Assembly (NCBI GenBank): GCA_002633005.1
Contig: NMRA01000368.1
Location: forward strand, 366,920-430,919
Origin: Phoronis australis
Taxonomy: Eukaryota; Animalia; Phoronida
Reading direction: 5' to 3'
DNA length: 64,000 bases
Shown here: positions 1 through 10,626 of the stretch, in pieces
Layout of the letters: every line of letters begins with the position of its first letter
Numbering within the stretch: the stretch's first letter is position 1
Made by a program: the position numbers and the translations under genes
Notes under the pieces: generated by a model
What the model saw: only the letters and a program-made list of their open reading frames with translations
Told to the model about the DNA's origin: nothing
Database searches by the model: none

Positions 1-3000
1 ACGATGACATTGGCGATTGGTCAGTGTGTCTTCGGTAAGTAGTAAAATAGATCTAGAACCTTTGGTTTAATGGTTGTAACAAGAAAAGAAAGATCCGGTT
101 CCCGCTAGCTTCTCGCGAGTGGGAGTAAATGAGATCACATGCTAGTTTCGCTTGCAATGCATGCCAATATCTCGTCGAATGCGGCAGGATCTCGCCAAGC
201 TCGCAAAAAGCTAAAACTAATGTCAGTTAAATCCTGACAGAATATGTACCGAGATGTAGGTCTGATTGTGCTGGTGGTGCATATTCAATGTTGACTGTAG
301 GGATTTTTATCACCTGGCAAGTACATAAGTAAGTAAGTAAGTAAGTGGGTAGGTAAGTAGGTAAGTAAGTAAGTAAGTAAGTAAAACCTTTATTTTAAAT
401 CGTTGTGGGTAGATACAATAAAGAAACATTATTTAGCACAAGTGCTAGTTACCGATAGAAAATACATGTGTGGACAATAAATTATTTACAGAGAGGTATG
501 GAAGAATATATACAGAAAGAACATACAAAACTATGACTTCTAAGTTGCTGATAAAAAAACTCTTTCAAATCGTATCTTTTTATTTTAGGACAAGAATACC
601 AAGTATTAAACACTGCCAACCGATATCATTACGTACCGGTCACGTATAACTTCAACAACAGTCACTATGCGGAATTTGATGTTAAGGCTTGTAATGACGC
701 CCACATCAATTTAATGGCTGATGTCGACAGAGACCTACAAAGAACATACGAGATTGTGATTGGAGGATGGCAAAATTCGAAGTCTGTTATTCGAAAGGAA
801 AAACAAGAGCGCCCTCCACGAGCTCAAAAGATTGGACGCTACTTGGACTGCCATCGTTTCAAACGATTTTGGATTTCGTGGAGTCGTCACACCATAAAGG
901 TAATGCATATTTTCCTTTAAGCAAAAAGATAAAATACAAGTCATTATTCAGCCAGTAGCAGATTTAACAGATTAAACAGCGATAAAATACCGCTTTTAAT
1001 CAAAGGCAATTGCATTTAGTTACTACGTAAGAGGAACAATTCAATCCTGCACTCGTCAATTTCTGTTGGCGTTTTCGGGGTGTAAATTAAGCTGTCGTCA
1101 ACATCCTCTCCCTGACGGTGCTTTTCTACTTTCCCACGTCGTCTTCAAATGTGCGCTCGCTGTCTCATTTACCCATTCAAAACTGAATCTTCAAATTTCT
1201 CTCGAGTTGGCCTCGGCCTCTGTGGCTGTGTCACCATCGATACTCGTAAAAGAATCGAGACTCCGTCTTATCTCGCGGCCTCTCCCGGACAACATGAAGA
1301 GGATTCATAACTTCCGGTATTTGGTTTCATGTACATGTAGCAACGAAGATAAATTAACTTTCGTTTTTATTTCGCGCATTTCAAGTAAATTTTTGAGTTT
1401 GAAATTAACTTGCTGTGTTTTATGCAAATTAGATCGCGTATGCCACCAACACAAGTCGGATTTTTGCTACGAAACACGCCGGAACAAACTTGAAAATTGT
1501 TGTTGATCGGCCCGAATATGGCCACAGCCTTTCAACACAAAAATCGAGACTTTTGGCCCAAAGAAACGGTTGAATCAATTGGATTAATCTTTTCATCTGG
1601 TTGAATTCGCAGTCGTTTCCGGGGAAATTTAGTTTGAATTTTGTGATTTTGCAGGAATTTTTGCTCGACGTAAACGTAGTAGTTTCTCAACTGTAACTAC
1701 AGGTTTACAATACATAGTAAACCAATATGGCCAAGATTCAGCAAGAGCGAAATTTTGCCATTTTTCTTGATTGTCACAAGCTCATATGTGTTAGCGTGCA
1801 AAGTGGCGGTAAATGAAAAATATGCCAACGAAATATTTAAACTTTCTTCTTTCTATTGATGTTCATTACAATAAATCGGGGCATAAATGAATATTTTTAA
1901 AAATCGAAGTAGTGCGAGCACTTCAAACATTTTTCACTCAGTGGCAAATTCGTGACAGTTTTGGGATAAACTTTCAGCAGCTAAATGCTTGTAACTGAAC
2001 CGTTTGCTGAAATACTCTGCTTTCAACCTCGAGTGTAAATTTTTGTTTTTTTTTAAATATGAGAAAATGTTTTGTTTTTAATTTACTGCCTTCTCAAAGT
2101 TTTTTCCTATTGCAAAATAGTGCATACAATTGATGAAATTCCCCTGGCATGTTAAATATTGGATTACCTTAAATGTGGAAATTTTATAAGTGCATCATTC
2201 TGGTGCTCAAGCTTTAGGCTTTTCTGTACGAATTCTCAAGTAAGATAGATGAAGAGAAAATTCTTCAAAAAAAGATTGGTTGAGAAACTCATTGTAAATA
2301 TCAATTCCACAGTAGGTCTATATCTGTGTTGCCAATTTTCACTTAACCATTGTAAAGTAAGGCAGAGGAATCCCAGACCCTTGTTACTTTCTATATCCTA
2401 TGGTGTCACATATTGCTGTTAAAATCTTCATAGGAAATAGAACTTCTGATGCACTTTGCATTATAGGGACATGTGTCGAACATGAACGGTTTTATGGTGC
2501 AACACTGTTATTGATTTGATTGATTTCTTGATGCCCTTTTACGACGGTTTATCTTTCAGCTTGGAACTCCTGACTCGACACTAATGTCGCACTCTGACCC
2601 GTTCCCGTACGACATCAAAGGCATCAGCGTCTCGACCGGCTGGGGCGCCACAGGCGTGTGGCATTTTTATAATCCAAACTGTAAGTAGACGCATTTTTAT
2701 AATCCAAACTGTAGGTAGACGCAGGTGAAGGGGAAAGCACATCTGCTATTAATGTTTTGGTTTAAAAATCCGAGCCATAGAGCGATGACATGTTTTTCCA
2801 TTGGTTTGAAATAGGTGATATAAGCAAGCTTTCGATGTGTAAGCTTGGTCGTTTAATTAGACAATTGTAGACTTTAAAAATTGGATTCCTCCAGAATTAT
2901 AATTCTGATGGACGGATCGGATTGCTCTCTAAGAGGTGATTGTGTGATTAACGCCTTTCTCAAAACATGGATAACATGATACAAATCATGAAATAACCCC

Positions 3001-4107
3001 ATCCAAGTTGTTTAGTTTTATTTCCAATGAAACGGGGTTTATTTTCAGGGAACTTGTATCAACTATTGAACACCCCAAACCGTTACCACTACGTTCCTAT
3101 CAAGTACAACTTCGGAGGACACCAGGGCGTAAAACTTGAAGTCAAGGCACATAATGACGCCCACATAAACTTGATGGCAGACGTGAACAACGATATTCGA
3201 ATGACGTACGAAATCGTCATCGGAGGCTGGGGTAATACAAAATCGGTCATACGGAAGGTAAAACAAGAGAGACCCCCACGTGCGCAACGCTCCGGACGAT
3301 TTCTGAGCAGTAGTCAATTCAGGACGTTTTTTATTTATTGGGACAAGAACGTAATTCGGGTAATAATTGTTATTTGTATCGCTCATGTAAAGTTATGTAC
3401 TTGGATAATGGCTAAATAGATGTACGGACAGACAGATGGAGGGACAGACGGACAGACGGAGGACACTATAGGTTTACTTAGGCCTATAACTGGTTTCTAA
3501 AAAATCATGTACAAGATGGCTGAAAAATAAAAAGGTTTTGGAGGTCATGACAAATTACACATTTTTGGGTCTTTGTACCTAGATGAATCAAAATGTGCTA
3601 ACAAGCCGCTTATATTTCTAAAATCCTTGATGATTGCAGTGACACGCTGTGTGTTCGAATATTATACGGTCACCGTGAAAATTTTCAAAATTGTTCTAAA
3701 ATGTTCGAGTTTACAACAACAAAAATGTTGCGCTGTTCCTAGATAATCGTATACTGAGTAAAACTGACAGTGGTATAGACCAATTTTTCTCTCTATTAAG
3801 CAAAGAGAAAAAAATGACATCTTTGAAGATAGTCGGTCCAGTACTTAAAAAATTATGAAAATCCAATTGTAAGGAGGGCCCGGTAAAATTGCGTGCAGAC
3901 GGCTACAGATCAGCACTGATTGAGCCAAGAATTTCATTGCCGCACATCAACTTTTGCCTTAGAAATTATATCTTAAAATTTTACAGGTTGACACTCCTCA
4001 TACGTCCATAATGCACTATAAGGACCCAAGCCCGTACCCGATCACGGGCATCAGTGTGTCGACCGGATGGGGCGCTACCGGTTCGTGGAAGGTCTACAAC
4101 CCTGACG
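1..4107 (+). CDS. Protein with two tandem Methyltransf_FA (FAMeT-like / CPAMD8-type) domains, possibly secreted; 5' end possibly outside window, last exon uncertain
   Basis: Phase-consistent GT-AG exons: <1-34 (TMTLAIGQCVF), 589-899, 2560-2680, 3049-3359, 3987-4107. Both domains carry VKAxNDAHIxL...YEIVIGGWxNxKSVIR...FxxFWISW/FFIYW...ISVSTGWGATGxW, the Methyltransf_FA signature. Confidence 0.85.
326..384 (+). repeat. (GTAA)n / (GTAG)n microsatellite
   Basis: taagtaagtaagtaagtaagtgggtaggtaagtaggtaagtaagtaag... read directly. Confidence 0.9.
2661..2723 (+). repeat. 30-bp tandem duplication spanning an exon end and splice donor
   Basis: gcatttttataatccaaactgta(a/g)gtagac x2, with one mismatch. 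Confidence 0.9.
3421..3489. mobile_element. Helentron/HINE-like terminal fragment (GACG/GACA microsatellite plus hairpin)
   Basis: ggacagacagatggagggacagacggacagacgg followed by the tatagg...cctata stem-loop; same layout as the termini of the elements at 21-24 kb. Confidence 0.45.
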
Positions 4108-5566
4108 GTGAGTTCGTTGATCAATCGTACGTATAGGACAATTCTGAAAGCAACTTATGAATACTAGGAATGCCATTATTGAGAACAAATAACACAACAG
4201 GAGAATGGTTTGATGAAGTTATGCCACTTTCTGGGTCATCGCCACGGCTCTATGCACAGAAGTGGTGGTAAGTAGCCTATCAGATGGGTACAGGGTACCA
4301 CGAAACAACAGTTAATGTTTAGGTACCAGATGGCCTACGACAGAAATACGCGCGTTGACAGTGAGTACCAGATGGGTACACGATATCAGTCGGGTATTGG
4401 CCGATTGTATACCAAACTGGCTCGAACAGGCAAAACGGCAAATAGAAGTTGAAGTACCAGATGGGTACACAAACTCCTAAATGGTGGCAAAGACAATAAT
4501 TATACAGTGTCAGGTGGGTTCGCATAACCGACAAGGGGGCGATAACAATACTGAGAACGCAGGTTCCGGACAGACTGAGTGAGCAGACCTCAACGGGAGT
4601 GCTGTAGGCCTAACTTTAATTTGCGCAGTTGCGGACAGCCTGGGTGAACAGTGCTGTCGCTACTGGCTCAGGAAGGTATGAACGGGGTGATGTAGCTCAC
4701 TTATCGCCACATGGACAGGGTTGTTCATGGACCTGTTTAACGTTATTTAGTCCAGCCATTTCTAACAGGAGTTCATGTCGTATGTCACGTCTTGCCGGAT
4801 ACAAGTGCTAAATTGGGAACATGGGACGAGCGGAATCAGAGACCAGACAAACTGAGAAACCAATGCAAAACAGATAATACAACACTTATTTAAATACAGA
4901 TATGAAAATGACAAACTTACAACATAATACTTCGGTGTGTATCGACTCCACATGTACGTCTAGTTACAGTCTTGTTTTTTACTGTTAAAACAGAACTTAG
5001 TCACGTCACACATGCAGTCGACACACCCAACTTTTGGGGCAAATATTCAAAAGTTTATGTGTGTATAAAAATACACAATATGCAACACGTGTGCTCACAC
5101 GCCTGAGAGAGACTGTATCTTTCAGTTACAAGAGTTTTGCATAAGTTACCTAGATATCTTACTGTTATATTGCCTCTGGGCACGGACAGACTGGAGTGCC
5201 GGTACTTTCAGTAAAGTCCTACAGATGGTGCACACGTCTCAGGGTAATCCAATGAATGTCATCCCACTCATATCATTACCAATATCATCAGTGGGTGTAA
5301 ATTTGTTAAAAAACGAAAAGTTCTGTCTTGGATATTTTCCGAATTAATTGAAACTTTCGTCGTAAAGCAGATGCCTAATCTAAAATTGATGCCACACAAA
5401 ATACAAGTAAGACGTTAAATGTTAGAAATCCCTAAATCTTTAATCTGAACACATATTCCTCCAAGCTTGCCATGAACTTACCTCGGCTAATGTCGTTAAG
5501 TTTTCTTTAAAATCAAGTTATTTGTTCGAACCTTTATATTTGGTTTTTCATGGAATGTCAATGCAG

Positions 5567-5845
5567 GTGTGATGATCGTGCTGAAATGCCACGTGCGTTT
5601 ATCTGACTGCTCGATCTATTCACACAGGTACGATAGGTATGACCTGACAAAAGTGCCACATTTTAAGTGGCCAAGTGACAATTTGAACTTAATGTTATTT
5701 TGTTATTAAGTGTCTATTTCATATTTTGTATTTTCCGTCTGCTCATATTCCTTCCAGCTTTGCCTTAAGCGATGATGTCACACCGAAAGCGATGGTCGTC
5801 GTCCACTGTCTCAGATATGATTTCTTCGCCTACCAAGACAGTTAA
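5567..5845 (+). CDS. Possible terminal exon(s) of the FAMeT-like gene
   Basis: Acceptors at atgcag|5567 (donor after 5627) and cttccag|5758. Direct splicing 4107>5758 gives ...ALP-stop; routing through 5567-5627 stays open to TAA at 5843-5845. No recognisable domain. Confidence 0.3.
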
Positions 5846-6179
5846 CCAACTCTCGCGGCATCAGCGAGACATTTGTTGAAATTTGTCCCACTGTATATGT
5901 ACGTGTCCGTGTGCGTGTGGCAGGGGGTTGAGGGGTCAGTGTACTGGACGCATTTTCCACCTAGTAAGCCTTTGGTCCAACATTTTATTTGTAAATCTTG
6001 ACAAAAGTAGTTCTGACGCACCATCAAGTAGAGAACATATAGCTCAATGCATATATGCCTTTTTTATCCAACAAAGATGTGAGGAATTTACTCAGATGCT
6101 CTTTTCGCTTCCTTTCAAACGAATTTTAATGAAACCCATTTCACTCAAAACTTATTTCCAAATAAGTTACATCACTATG

Positions 6180-6560
6180 TGAGCATAAAACGGAAGTGAA
6201 AAAAGCAAACTTGGTAGAAATGCTGTATTAAAGAGTGTAATATAGTTGAAATTCCGACGGTTCGGACGTCTCTCCTTCTTGAAGGGACTACACTTTGAAA
6301 ATAAGTTTGACGGTGATTGAAGGTAACATGTCCAACACAACAAGAAATTCACAGCAGACTGAGGTCTCCGTCTCGCGTTATGTTGATCCAATAGCTTGTG
6401 AGTGTTATCGTCAGTCTCATTAACATTAGTAAGTAAACATACGCAGCACTCCTCACTCTTAAACAGATTTTGTTGACTATGACGCGATTTCGGCATCGAA
6501 GTAACTTTATTTCGTTACACTCAAGATCTCGAACAAGACGCGATCTGACTTGGCAACCTG
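6180..6560 (-). mobile_element. Possible decayed Penelope-like element 3' end
   Basis: The minus strand reads RVLFEILSVTK*SYFDAEIA (like a GIY-YIG C-terminal FxIL...FD..I tail), followed by a degenerate hammerhead-like cttcaagaaggagagacgtccgaaccgtcgg at 6290-6254. Confidence 0.3.
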
Positions 6561-6565
6561 TACTT

Positions 6566-6746
6566 TAATAACTGACCGAAAGTCTCCATGTATGTGTGGA
6601 CAAGGGGTAAGAACAACATAAATATAATCCTGGATCCCTTCGATCACAACTCCGATCATCATACAAGAAGGACACAGGGATACGAGCATTGTCATGGTGT
6701 GGCTCCCATGAAGACAGACGTCTCGGCGGAAAGTCTCGGTATTAAT
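6566..6746. mobile_element. Short non-autonomous element sharing its core with the 12.4 kb minisatellite
   Basis: Starts taataactgaccgaaagtctccatgtatg and ends cggaaagtctcggttatta (terminal taataac/gttatta inverted). Confidence 0.5.
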
Positions 6747-7406
6747 TATTTTACATCTTTTAATACAATGTTTATGCCGGATTTTGCCACTTTTTATGTC
6801 TCAGTTTTCTTTACGAGTAGTGATCTTTCAATTTGACGTCAATTTGTTTTGATGATGAACAGAATTTAATGTGATTTTTTTAAGATTAATGTTTGATGTA
6901 GAATTTCTTGTGAAGCAGCAACATCAGTGTACATTACGGAATAACAATGAATTTCAATTATATTGAATTTAGAAAAAACTTATAGTAAGACCTACTAATA
7001 CAAATATAGGGTCGTATTTTGCTAAATGATAGTATTTTTGAGTTGCGAGACTAGCTCTATGTTCATAGTGGAAAGTGTGTCTTAAACGTATGCAGAAGTG
7101 AAAAGTGAAATGTAGAAGCAGACTCTCTTCAGCTGTTCTTAAAGTTTTAATCTACATTCAAATTTCCAACATTATTACTGTTTTCAACGTGTCAATAATC
7201 ATAAATGGATGATGGACGAATATACGACCTATATACTAAAGATAGACTTTTTGTTTATTTACATGTTATTACAAATATGCAGTACATTTATCCAAAGGTT
7301 AAATTATTACATTTCAGGGTAACAATACTAGAAAGTCAAAATAATGAGCTATCAAATAAACAAATACAAACGAGTGTTTAGCTATAGTTAAAGTGATTAA
7401 AGATAT

Positions 7407-7600
7407 CAGTGGCGGATCTAGGATATCACAAGGGAGGGCAACATTTTGTCCGGCTGTAAGCATTTGCGCAAACAAAACCACGATTGTAGATGCGTATAGC
7501 ACCGAATGGGGGGAGGTCGGGTGGGGGGCAAACCCCCCTCCCGCCCAGGAAATTTTTCTGTTTTTACCTTTAAAAATCAAGCATTTTCCTTGATTCCTGA
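7407..7600 (+). mobile_element. MITE fragment with CAGTGGCGGATCTAG end (hAT-like)
   Basis: The same terminal motif occurs at 12044, 37164, 39136/39448 and 56754; G/C-run-rich body. Confidence 0.6.
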
Positions 7601-7663
7601 AGTATTATCCAAGAAAAAAGGCAATAAAAAAACACGGAGAACGTGTCAAACGGGAAAAACTGA

Positions 7664-7735
7664 TGTACCAAAGACTCGAACTCACGACCTGCCGGATAGT
7701 GCGCGCGTGCTTTACCACTACACCACCACGATCTA
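7664..7735 (-). mobile_element. tRNA-derived SINE-like head
   Basis: The reverse complement has A-box-like gtggtgtagtggtaaag and B-box-like gttcgagtc; no intact acceptor stem. Confidence 0.5.
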
Positions 7736-8246
7736 GTTACTAATCTCTTACTAAAAGACCTACTTGTTTATGGTCCACAGCGTTTGCGTGCGAAACCTAC
7801 TTCTTTTTGTAATGCTTATTACACGTTTTATATTTTGTGCCATCAATTCTTAACAAATTTGTCGTATTTAAAATAGTCTTCAATAGCCCAAAAGACCAAA
7901 TCCGTTTTTCGTAGTGGCAATAATGACGGGATTGCTTTGGAAATCGTCTTAAAATAACAAAGAGAGTATTGCGAGTTTCTGAGTGATTCACTAAGGTTTC
8001 GATTAAAATTCACATTTTACCAGCAGCTTCTGTTTTTTCATCGTCACTCAGGTTCCATTTTCTTTAAAAAATGAAGTAAATTTCCTTCATTGCACAGTGG
8101 AGCAGACGACGGAAACGGAGTCGTAGTGCGCAGCGTCACTGCCGGTCGCCTGGAATATCGCGGGAGAGCCTATACTTAGCCATAGTTTCGTTACGAATGC
8201 GCCGTGTTCCGAATTTGACAGCAGAGAACTGATGAAGGGGTCAACA

Positions 8247-8687
8247 ATTGGTTGGACTTCAAAACCACCTACTCGGACTTCAAAAATCCCTGGCTGGACT
8301 CTCCAAATTCAAAATGGACAGTGTTCTAACTTGGTGGTATGACCTTGGATTGGCCGGTACCTCAAAACCAGATGGTCGCACCTAAAAACCTGGTTGGCCG
8401 GTGTTCAAACACAATGGCCACACAAATTTTGAACGAAAACGTGTACGAAAAATAAACACCAGTATAGTCGCGTACCTGAATCCTTCGAGACATTCAAAGC
8501 GAGTCTCTGAGAAAGTCCGTCGTGATTGATCACTGGCCAAGTGGTTATAGCACCGGTCATCGCGTTTTCGGTCCAGCCCATTAGTTTTTTTGGGTGGGGC
8601 CATCGAGTTTTGAAGTCCGGACAAAACTTTTGATCACCGGTTATATGGTGCTACACTCCAGCCGACTGGTTTTGAAGTCCAATCAAT
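8247..8687. mobile_element. MITE with ~21-bp terminal inverted repeats
   Basis: attggttggacttcaaaacca ... tggttttgaagtccaatcaat, with subterminal ggacttcaaaa / ttttgaagtcc copies. Confidence 0.7.
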
Positions 8688-8941
8688 CTCTCTTGGTAAT
8701 AAAATTTATTTTAAACAGTTCACGTTTCTGTGAAAACTGCACGAAATATTCAAAACATAAGTCCTAGGTAAACGATTTTGTTATCTTATTACAGCTACGC
8801 TGTCACGTGTGCTTGGTGGAAATTTTTGTGATATGTCTTGATGCTTTTATGTTGCGCCTTCCAGCTAGCTAGTTGGCGGTAGTACCAACAGTCGGCCTCA
8901 GAATCGCCTTACCGAAGCAGGTGATCCTCCGCTTGACAATG

Positions 8942-9168
8942 CATGCGCGCACCCAGGGGGGGCTCGGTGAAGTGGGCAAAAAGGTCCGCCCCAGAGAAAC
9001 AAAAAGTCCGATAAATCGAGACAAAAGTTCACTAAAAAGGCACAAATGCACAATTCACAGCTCCGAACGTGGTACCCCGTCTTTTAAGTCCTACCGCTGC
9101 CTTGTTAGTAAAAGGTCCACATCTCCAGAAATTCGAGAACCCCAAATTAAACGCTGGGTGGGCGCATG
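8942..9168. mobile_element. MITE with 15-bp TIRs
   Basis: catgcgcgcacccag ... ctgggtgggcgcatg (one mismatch); no clear TSD. Confidence 0.65.
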
Positions 9169-10419
9169 CTACATACCCTGTAAGTATCAGAAGACCATAA
9201 ACAGGACAGAAAATAAAAATGATAGTTTTCTTCAAGTAGCAGATTTAAATAACTTGCCAGGCTACATAACATTAGTCCCATCTCTTAAAATCTCCAGAAA
9301 CAACCCATCTACCGTCCCAATACAACATTGTGGGGTGTAGCATTCTTGGGGTATCAGGTCCTTCGATCCTGCCTTATTGCTAATAATCTGGTTGTATTAA
9401 TAAATCTTCGAATTGGTGTCCACTCTGTAAAAATGTACAACTATTAATCTTGTAGTCACTTTTTGTGTTTCTTCGTTGCTAGAAAGCAACATACCGGTAC
9501 ATCTTTGTCACTAAACCCTTAAAGACATATCGGACTAATCTTTATACTGGAAATCAAACTTAACTTTATTTTTTATGTTTTCTGCTATAACTAAAGATAA
9601 GTGTTAAGACCCTTTAAAAATTCTGTGCTCAAGTATGCAATGATTTTCTTGGATGATTTTCTAAAAATCCTGGTTTGCACTTGATGATCCCAACATTAAA
9701 GCCATGAGTTTTTACTTGAAATCCCGTGTTGTTACCAATATTGGTCCCTAGATACTACACAGTACACAAGCATCTCGACTAACATGGTTCATCAGCCAGA
9801 TGGCGGATCACTCCGCTCAACGAAAACCACGTGACGTCAATTTTAGCTATTTATCTCATTGGTTGCATTTGTGCATTGCTGCGTAGCACCTGAGAAATTG
9901 GCCGCGATTTCAGGTAGCCCTCAAACATGCCAGATTTGCAAAAACTAGTTGTTTCACCGTTAACAGTATTTTGGCCCACATTTCTGGAATCGGTAGGAAG
10001 TTTGCTTTCGGAATCTACTGTTGCCATCGGAAGGGCAGTGGTGGTTTTGGGGTGAAAAGTGCTGATTTTTCATGTTTTGCCCCTATTTTTCTAAGTCTAG
10101 CTTGGCTTTCAGTAGGAGTGAGGGTCAAAAATACAAGAGAGAATAAACTTTCTGTGCTCATCTATAGGGCTTGTGGTGTGAAATGTCTCAAAACTATTCT
10201 TTATTTGCATGCATTATTTGACAGAGTGAAGAAAGGGTGAAGAGTGCATTGACGTGTGTTCTGATAGGCAAACCCCTGTAAGAACTGTTGTGTGCCTCCT
10301 TAAATGAAATGGTCAACTTTCAAAATATTTTTAAGTTTTGGCACTAATTCTTCTCTCTGCCACTAATCAAAGTCTTGACAATAGTTTATGAAGATTTATT
10401 TTTACATTATTAGTAGAAA

Positions 10420-10626
10420 CAACCTAATCTTTACCCTAGTTAGGCCCAACCGTGGGACCCTAAGCCTAACAGCAGAACCCTAACCCTAACCCTGGAAGTC
10501 CAACCCTAACCCCTACCGTGACCCTAATCCTAACCCCTACCCTGACCCTAATCCTGGATCTCTTACCCTAATCCTGTAACCCTCACCCTGTAACCTTAAC
10601 TCTGTAAACCTAACCCTAACCCTGGG
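10420..10626 (-). repeat. Degenerate interstitial telomere-like (TTAGGG)n tract
   Basis: The + strand has multiple ccctaa, accctaat and cctaac units, including ccctaaccctaaccct. Confidence 0.8.

Noticed and set aside
1066-1506. 146-aa ORF in the FAMeT-like intron
   Set aside because: Non-ATG start, no recognisable domain, intronic repeat-like sequence.
8873-9340. 155-aa ORF
   Set aside because: Runs through a MITE; no coding signature.
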